Positions 57,754 through 64,000 of a stretch of 64,000 nt of DNA are shown here, piece by piece. This DNA is from a virus (lineage: Duplodnaviria; Heunggongvirae; Uroviricota; Caudoviricetes). The notes under the pieces were generated by a model that saw only the letters and a list, made by a program, of their open reading frames with translations, did no database searches and was not told the DNA's origin. A program made the position numbers and the translations under genes. The stretch lies in the IMG/VR virus record IMGVR_UViG_3300035659_000001; one strand, written 5' to 3'. Numbering within the stretch: the first letter of the stretch is position 1; each line of letters begins with the position of its first letter.

Positions 57754-60700
57754 ATGCCATCAGGACAAATTGGAATAAGACATGGCTCAACTGGCGCTCA
57801 AGGCATAACTGGCGTTCAAGGCGTCACTGGATTACTTGGCTTAACAGGTTTACAAGGTGAAACTGGATTAAGAGGAATTCAAGGACATACAGGAGTACAA
57901 GGTCTTAGAGGTTTGACGGGTGTAGCAGGTAATACTGGTGTAATAGGTGCAACGGGCCTTCCAGGTATAATGGGAAATCAAGGACATACTGGTGCAAGAG
58001 GTTCGCAAGGCAATACTGGTATTCAAGGAGAAACTGGTGAACAAGGAATTCAAGGAAATATTGGAATTCAAGGTATTACTGGTATTAGAGGCTTTCAAGG
58101 TGTAACTGGATTACAAGGAGAAGTCGGTGATCAAGGACAAACAGGTCTTCAGGGATCAATAGGCATACAAGGTATTAGAGGAGTCACAGGCTTCAAAGGA
58201 GATGCTGGTTTTGATGGAGAACAGGGTATAACAGGTTTACAAGGAATTACTGGTTTACAAGGAATTAGAGGTGTTACTGGAATAAAAGGTGATCAAGGTA
58301 ATGTTGGTGAATTAGGTAATACAGGTTTACAAGGTGAAACTGGTATAAGAGGTATACAGGGTTTTACTGGTGTTAGAGGATTGACGGGGGTGCCGGGTGT
58401 TCAAGGTTTTCAAGGAGACACGGGTGTACAAGGAATTCAAGGTATTACAGGATTAAGAGGCAATCAAGGCACGTCAGGAGTTCAAGGTTTTACTGGAGAA
58501 CAAGGCGTCATTGGTTTGCAAGGTGATACTGGTATTCAGGGTAACACTGGTATAAGAGGTATGACTGGTGCAAATGGACTACAAGGTGCAACGGGATTAG
58601 GATTGCAGGGAGTTACTGGTTTTAAAGGCGATATGGGAATTCAAGGAACATCAGGAATTCGTGGTTTTACTGGTGCTCAAGGATTACAAGGTTTACAGGG
58701 TGACACTGGTATTGAAGGTATTCAAGGACCTGCAGGTATTAGAGGTACTACTGGTTTACAAGGTTTACAAGGTTTACAAGGTAATCAAGGTGACACTGGT
58801 CAACAAGGATTACAAGGAGATATTGGGTTAAGAGGTACAACTGGATTAAGAGGTGCAACGGGATTACAAGGAGAAACCGGTACACAAGGATTACAAGGTG
58901 ATGTTGGCTTGCAAGGTACAACTGGTCTTAAAGGGGTAACTGGGCTTCAAGGTGTTACAGGTATTCAAGGGTTTTTAGGCAATACTGGTTCTCAGGGCGA
59001 AACTGGAAATAGAGGCTTACAAGGGTTTACAGGAATAAAAGGAGATACTGGTACTCAAGGATTACAGGGAAATGACGGTCAACAAGGAATTACTGGTGTT
59101 CGCGGTATACAAGGGTTTACGGGAATACAAGGATTACAAGGTGACACTGGAATTCAAGGTCAAACTGGAATTCAAGGAATTGCCGGTATTCGTGGTAATA
59201 CTGGTTTAATGGGACCAACAGGTACTCAGGGTTTTACGGGAGTGCCTGGACTCGGAACTACTGGTTTGAAGGGTGATACTGGAATTCAAGGCATTCAGGG
59301 TAATACGGGTATTCAGGGTGATACAGGAGCTAGAGGAAATACTGGTTTAAGAGGAGTTCAAGGAGAAACTGGACTTCAAGGTATTCAAGGTAACACTGGT
59401 ATTCAAGGATTGACTGGTATTCAAGGTATACAAGGTAATTTTGGTGTAAAGGGTGAAACAGGTGCTCAAGGCATAACAGGATTAGGAGTTCAAGGGGCAA
59501 CTGGTATTCAAGGAATTCAAGGTAATACAGGAGTTCAAGGCGAGACAGGAGCTTTAGGAAATATTGGTTTGCAAGGCAATACAGGTGCACAAGGTGAAAC
59601 AGGAGTAAGAGGAGTTGCTGGGTTAGTTGGTCAGACAGGTTTACAAGGATTATCAGGTTTACAAGGTGAAACTGGATTTCAAGGATATACTGGTATTCAA
59701 GGTGATACAGGTGTTCAAGGTGAAACTGGATTGCAAGGTGCTCAAGGGATTCAGGGCAACACTGGTTTGCAAGGCAATACAGGTGCACAAGGTGAAACAG
59801 GAGTAAGAGGAGTTGCTGGGTTAGTTGGTCAGACAGGTTCACAAGGATTATCAGGTTTACAAGGCATTACTGGATTGCAAGGATTAACAGGTTTGGGTTT
59901 TACGGGTGTTCAAGGTACAACAGGTTTTCAAGGTATTACAGGTAGACAAGGTCAAACTGGTATTCAAGGATTGGGAGTGACTGGTTTAAGAGGTATAACT
60001 GGGATACAGGGTAATACAGGTATTCAGGGTGAAACTGGAATGGGCATTCAAGGTCAGACTGGTATAGAAGGTATTCAAGGATTAACTGGACCACAAGGTT
60101 TGGGTTTGACGGGATTGCAAGGCATTCAAGGTGATACTGGTATTCAAGGCATTCAAGGAATTCAAGGCTATACTGGATTACAAGGCTTAATAGGTATTCA
60201 AGGGTTACAAGGACATACTGGTGGTCAAGGTGCAACAGGAAAAGGATTACAAGGATATACTGGTTTACAAGGTATTACAGGATTAATTGGTGAAACAGGA
60301 ATACAAGGTATTCAAGGTTATACTGGTATTCAAGGCATACAAGGCAATCAAGGAATAACAGGTTTACAAGGTATTCAAGGTGACACTGGTATAGGTATTC
60401 AAGGTGAAACTGGAGTTTCAGGTTCAACTGGTCCTGCAGGAGCACCTCAAGGTGATACCGGCGTTCAAGGTATTCAAGGTAATACAGGGTTACAAGGTGA
60501 AACAGGAATTCAAGGTGTAACTGGTGCAGGAATACAAGGTGAAACTGGAGTTTCAGGTTCAACTGGTCCTGCAGGAGCACCTCAAGGTGTTACTGGTATA
60601 CAAGGCATTCAAGGTCAGACTGGTATAGAAGGTATTCAAGGAACTCCTGGCATTGGAATTCAAGGCAATACTGGTATTAACGGTATTCAAGGTCAAACGG

Positions 60701-61989
60701 GCGTTCAAGGATTGCAAGGAATACAAGGCGTAACTGGTGATTCTGGATTAACAGGACTTCAAGGTATAACGGGTCATATAGGATTTACAGGAGCACAAGG
60801 AATACAAGGATTAACTGGTGATTTTGGTGATAAAGGTACTACTGGAATTCAAGGTTTACAAGGTACTACTGGAATTCAAGGTTTGCAAGGTACTACTGGA
60901 ATTCAAGGTTTACAAGGTATAACTGGAGCAGGAATTCAAGGTGTGACTGGTGCAGGAATACAAGGTGAAACTGGAGTTTCAGGTTCAACTGGTCCTGCAG
61001 GAGCACCTCAAGGTGTTACTGGTATACAAGGCATTCAAGGATTTACAGGCGTTCAAGGTATTAAAGGTGACACAGGCATTCAAGGTAAGGACGGTAATCA
61101 AGGACAAACAGGTCCTGCAGGAGCGCCTCAAGGTGTTACTGGTGTGCAAGGTGTGACTGGTTCTGGACAGCAAGGCATAACGGGTTTACGAGGAATAACG
61201 GGATTACAAGGAATACAAGGCAGTACTGGAAGTCAAGGTTTGCAAGGGATGACTGGAATTCAAGGATTACAAGGCAACACTGGAATTGGTGTTCAGGGTA
61301 ATACTGGCATTCAAGGATTACAAGGTGCTACTGGAATAGGTGGAGCAGGATCACAAATTGTGTATGATCAGATTAGCAGATATTTAGTTGTTAATACAAG
61401 TAGTGAAGAAGTATGGATTGTTTCAAGTTCATCTGTATACACTGGATTATCATGGAGTAGATCAAGCACTAATTTGACAATTACAAGAAATGGTCACGGA
61501 CATTCTAATGGTAATAGAGTTATAATTAGAAACACTAACGTTGATTATCAAGTTGCAGTTATTACGTCATCTGATTTAAATACATTTACAGTTTCTACAT
61601 CAGATACTGGTGATTTATCAGGCAATGACGGAGCATATAGCTTAGGCTTTACATTTGCTCATGATGGATCACCAAAGACTGGCGGAACTCTTACTGCTCC
61701 TGCCGGTGATCATGCTGATGTTCAATTAATAGCTATGAGAATTAGAACGGGTGCGAGATCAAGTACAACATATAATTTAGTTGTTCCTGCAAGTACTGTT
61801 AATGGTGCAGGCGCTAATTCAAGTTTAGCTGACTGTTTTATGCCAGATTTTAATGTTAGAAGTGACGCTGATTCATTGTCTGCTATAGCTGCAACAATGG
61901 CTACTAATATTGGTTCATCGTATTCAACATTTCAATTTGGTAATTTAGGAACAAATTCATTATCAAGATTTATAATTGTTCATTTTTAA
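57754..61989 (+). CDS. giant collagen-like (Gly-X-Thr/Gln) fibre protein with C-terminal globular domain
   Basis: About 1190 aa of Gly-X-Y (57784 to about 61350); ATG 57754 after AAAGGA. Confidence 0.9.
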   Translation: MPSGQIGIRHGSTGAQGITGVQGVTGLLGLTGLQGETGLRGIQGHTGVQGLRGLTGVAGNTGVIGATGLPGIMGNQGHTGARGSQGNTGIQGETGEQGIQGNIGIQGITGIRGFQGVTGLQGEVGDQGQTGLQGSIGIQGIRGVTGFKGDAGFDGEQGITGLQGITGLQGIRGVTGIKGDQGNVGELGNTGLQGETGIRGIQGFTGVRGLTGVPGVQGFQGDTGVQGIQGITGLRGNQGTSGVQGFTGEQGVIGLQGDTGIQGNTGIRGMTGANGLQGATGLGLQGVTGFKGDMGIQGTSGIRGFTGAQGLQGLQGDTGIEGIQGPAGIRGTTGLQGLQGLQGNQGDTGQQGLQGDIGLRGTTGLRGATGLQGETGTQGLQGDVGLQGTTGLKGVTGLQGVTGIQGFLGNTGSQGETGNRGLQGFTGIKGDTGTQGLQGNDGQQGITGVRGIQGFTGIQGLQGDTGIQGQTGIQGIAGIRGNTGLMGPTGTQGFTGVPGLGTTGLKGDTGIQGIQGNTGIQGDTGARGNTGLRGVQGETGLQGIQGNTGIQGLTGIQGIQGNFGVKGETGAQGITGLGVQGATGIQGIQGNTGVQGETGALGNIGLQGNTGAQGETGVRGVAGLVGQTGLQGLSGLQGETGFQGYTGIQGDTGVQGETGLQGAQGIQGNTGLQGNTGAQGETGVRGVAGLVGQTGSQGLSGLQGITGLQGLTGLGFTGVQGTTGFQGITGRQGQTGIQGLGVTGLRGITGIQGNTGIQGETGMGIQGQTGIEGIQGLTGPQGLGLTGLQGIQGDTGIQGIQGIQGYTGLQGLIGIQGLQGHTGGQGATGKGLQGYTGLQGITGLIGETGIQGIQGYTGIQGIQGNQGITGLQGIQGDTGIGIQGETGVSGSTGPAGAPQGDTGVQGIQGNTGLQGETGIQGVTGAGIQGETGVSGSTGPAGAPQGVTGIQGIQGQTGIEGIQGTPGIGIQGNTGINGIQGQTGVQGLQGIQGVTGDSGLTGLQGITGHIGFTGAQGIQGLTGDFGDKGTTGIQGLQGTTGIQGLQGTTGIQGLQGITGAGIQGVTGAGIQGETGVSGSTGPAGAPQGVTGIQGIQGFTGVQGIKGDTGIQGKDGNQGQTGPAGAPQGVTGVQGVTGSGQQGITGLRGITGLQGIQGSTGSQGLQGMTGIQGLQGNTGIGVQGNTGIQGLQGATGIGGAGSQIVYDQISRYLVVNTSSEEVWIVSSSSVYTGLSWSRSSTNLTITRNGHGHSNGNRVIIRNTNVDYQVAVITSSDLNTFTVSTSDTGDLSGNDGAYSLGFTFAHDGSPKTGGTLTAPAGDHADVQLIAMRIRTGARSSTTYNLVVPASTVNGAGANSSLADCFMPDFNVRSDADSLSAIAATMATNIGSSYSTFQFGNLGTNSLSRFIIVHF

Positions 61990-62013
61990 TTATATATAAG
62001 GGATTGCTAAATC

Positions 62014-64000
62014 ATGGCCAGAATAATTAATGGTACATTGTATGTTGATAGTTATATTGTAACAGGAAATCCTGGTGAATATACATTCACTGATGCTATA
62101 TTTGATAATCAAGCAGATGCAACAGGCAATGGATCTCTTGATATTCAGACAGGATTTATTTTGTTTGTGCCAGCAGTTGATTCAACATTAATGATACCTG
62201 TGCCGGGCGTTGTACACAGATTTAAAATAACTTCAATTGAAGCTGCAGATGGAATTCATTTATCTGCTACTATTTTATGGGATGAAGATGGTGATGAAGT
62301 TGATTTACCTCAAGATCAGTCTCATGCAATTTTAACTGAAGATACAATAAATCATCAATATGGATTGCCAGCTTCAATGGCTGTTTATGTGAATTTGTCA
62401 GGAGGAGTAGCTGAGGCTGCGTATAATGCAGACATTAAGAGAATAACTGATAAATTGGGTGGTGGTACAGGCATACAAGGTGTAACTGGATTACAAGGTG
62501 TAACTGGATTGTGTGCAGGATCTACGGGATATCAAGGAGAGACTGGTTTACAAGGAATAACTGGAGTTCAAGGTGATACTGGAATGCAGGGAGATACTGG
62601 TTTTCAAGGGACAACAGGTATTCAAGGTATAACAGGAGAACAGGGAATAACAGGTATTGATGGCTTGCAAGGATTGACGGGAGTACAAGGAATAACAGGT
62701 ATTGATGGCTTGCAAGGATTGACAGGTATCGATGGCTTGCAAGGATTGACAGGTATCGATGGCTTGCAAGGATTGACAGGTATCGATGGCTTGCAAGGAT
62801 TGACAGGTATCGATGGCTTGCAAGGATTGACAGGTATCGATGGCTTGCAGGGTGCAACAGGAGTGCAAGGAATAACAGGTATTGATGGCTTGCAAGGCAC
62901 AACAGGAGTACAAGGAATAACAGGTATTGATGGCTTGCAGGGCACAACGGGAGTGCAAGGAATAACAGGTATTGATGGCTTGCAAGGATTGACGGGAGTA
63001 CAAGGAATAACAGGTATTGATGGCTTGCAGGGCACAACGGGAGTGCAAGGAATAACAGGTATTGATGGCTTGCAAGGATTGACAGGAGAACAGGGAATAA
63101 CAGGTATCGATGGCTTGCAGGGCACAACGGGAGTGCAAGGAATAACAGGTATTGATGGCTTGCAAGGATTGACGGGAGTACAAGGAATAACAGGTATTGA
63201 TGGCTTGCAGGGCACAACAGGAGTACAAGGAATAACAGGTATTGATGGCTTGCAAGGATTGACAGGTATTGATGGCTTGCAAGGAATAACAGGTATCGAT
63301 GGTTTGCAAGGATTGACAGGTATTGATGGCTTGCAAGGATTGACAGGTATTGATGGCTTGCAAGGATTGACAGGAGAACAGGGAATAACAGGTATCGATG
63401 GCTTGCAGGGCACAACGGGAGCACAAGGAATAACAGGTATTGATGGCTTGCAAGGATTGACAGGTATTGATGGCTTGCAGGGTGCAACAGGAGTACAAGG
63501 AATAACAGGTATCGATGGCTTGCAGGGCACAACGGGAGTGCAAGGAATAACAGGTATTGATGGCTTGCAAGGATTGACAGGAGTACAAGGAATAACAGGT
63601 ATTGATGGCTTGCAGGGCACAACGGGAGTACAAGGAATAACAGGTATTGATGGCTTGCAGGGCACAACAGGAGTACAAGGAATAACAGGTATTGATGGCT
63701 TGCAAGGCACAACGGGAGTGCAAGGAATAACAGGTATTGATGGCTTGCAGGGCACAACGGGAGTGCAAGGAGTAACAGGTATTGATGGCTTGCAAGGATT
63801 GACGGGAGTACAAGGAATAACAGGTATCGATGGTTTGCAAGGATTGACAGGTATTGATGGTTTGCAAGGATTGACAGGTATCGATGGCTTGCAGGGTGCA
63901 ACAGGAGTACAAGGAATAACAGGTATCGATGGCTTGCAAGGCACAACGGGAGTGCAAGGAATAACAGGTATTGATGGCTTGCAAGGATTGACGGGAGTAC
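62014..64000 (+). CDS. second collagen-like protein, runs off the window end (not in the ORF track)
   Basis: ATG 62014 MARIINGTLYVDSY..., N-domain of about 148 aa, then Gly-X-Y repeats (GIDGLQGLT / GVQGIT) with no stop to 64000. Confidence 0.9.
   Translation, partial: MARIINGTLYVDSYIVTGNPGEYTFTDAIFDNQADATGNGSLDIQTGFILFVPAVDSTLMIPVPGVVHRFKITSIEAADGIHLSATILWDEDGDEVDLPQDQSHAILTEDTINHQYGLPASMAVYVNLSGGVAEAAYNADIKRITDKLGGGTGIQGVTGLQGVTGLCAGSTGYQGETGLQGITGVQGDTGMQGDTGFQGTTGIQGITGEQGITGIDGLQGLTGVQGITGIDGLQGLTGIDGLQGLTGIDGLQGLTGIDGLQGLTGIDGLQGLTGIDGLQGATGVQGITGIDGLQGTTGVQGITGIDGLQGTTGVQGITGIDGLQGLTGVQGITGIDGLQGTTGVQGITGIDGLQGLTGEQGITGIDGLQGTTGVQGITGIDGLQGLTGVQGITGIDGLQGTTGVQGITGIDGLQGLTGIDGLQGITGIDGLQGLTGIDGLQGLTGIDGLQGLTGEQGITGIDGLQGTTGAQGITGIDGLQGLTGIDGLQGATGVQGITGIDGLQGTTGVQGITGIDGLQGLTGVQGITGIDGLQGTTGVQGITGIDGLQGTTGVQGITGIDGLQGTTGVQGITGIDGLQGTTGVQGVTGIDGLQGLTGVQGITGIDGLQGLTGIDGLQGLTGIDGLQGATGVQGITGIDGLQGTTGVQGITGIDGLQGLTGV
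62635..64000 (+). repeat. near-perfect coding tandem repeats built from 27-nt and 18-nt units
   Basis: GGTATYGATGGCTTGCARGGATTGACA and GGAGTRCAAGGAATAACA units in varying order. Confidence 0.9.

Noticed and set aside
57868-61173. Short alternative-frame and antisense ORFs within the first collagen gene
   Set aside because: By-products of Gly-X-Y codon periodicity.
62522-63984. Three long minus-strand ORFs (440-478 aa)
   Set aside because: Antisense shadows of the repetitive + strand collagen gene starting at 62014.
62635-64000. Possible CRISPR array
   Set aside because: No unique spacers; units are multiples of 9 nt and encode Gly-X-Y; no cas genes in the window.
1-64000. Stop-codon reassignment, as in some large phages
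   Set aside because: Conserved genes are full length in code 11, and TAA, TAG and TGA all end genes at expected positions.
1-64000. tRNA/rRNA genes and a consensus phage promoter
   Set aside because: No cloverleaf or rRNA-like segment seen in the intergenic gaps. AT-rich upstream motifs could not be distinguished from background by eye; tRNAscan-SE and MEME would be needed.

Overview
AT-rich, densely coding, almost entirely + strand window from a large (jumbo-like) tailed bacteriophage or phage-plasmid that uses the standard bacterial code. From left to right: (i) an accessory region with degenerate host-like enzymes and a Zn-ribbon/Zn-ribbon/vWA operon preceded by three loop-conserved hairpins; (ii) about 16 kb of probable virion-surface genes (Ig, FN3, beta-helix, LamG, five paralogous NHL-type propellers) plus a small protein interrupted by an HNH intein; (iii) a nucleotide kinase / radical SAM / UDG cluster with an IscB-omegaRNA element inserted at the UDG start codon; (iv) gyrB, gyrA and topA; (v) a sigma-factor-like gene and an HK97-type head module (TerL, portal, protease, scaffold, decoration protein, MCP); (vi) an endonuclease island, DnaJ, a degenerate sugar epimerase and two collagen-like fibre genes. 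The standout feature is gyrB. It is split into two ORFs by what looks like a naturally split, trans-splicing intein at the TOPRIM EGD|SA motif. By hand count IntN has net charge +11 and IntC -11, the opposite polarity to DnaE-type split inteins. All calls come from motif recognition; no database searches were run.
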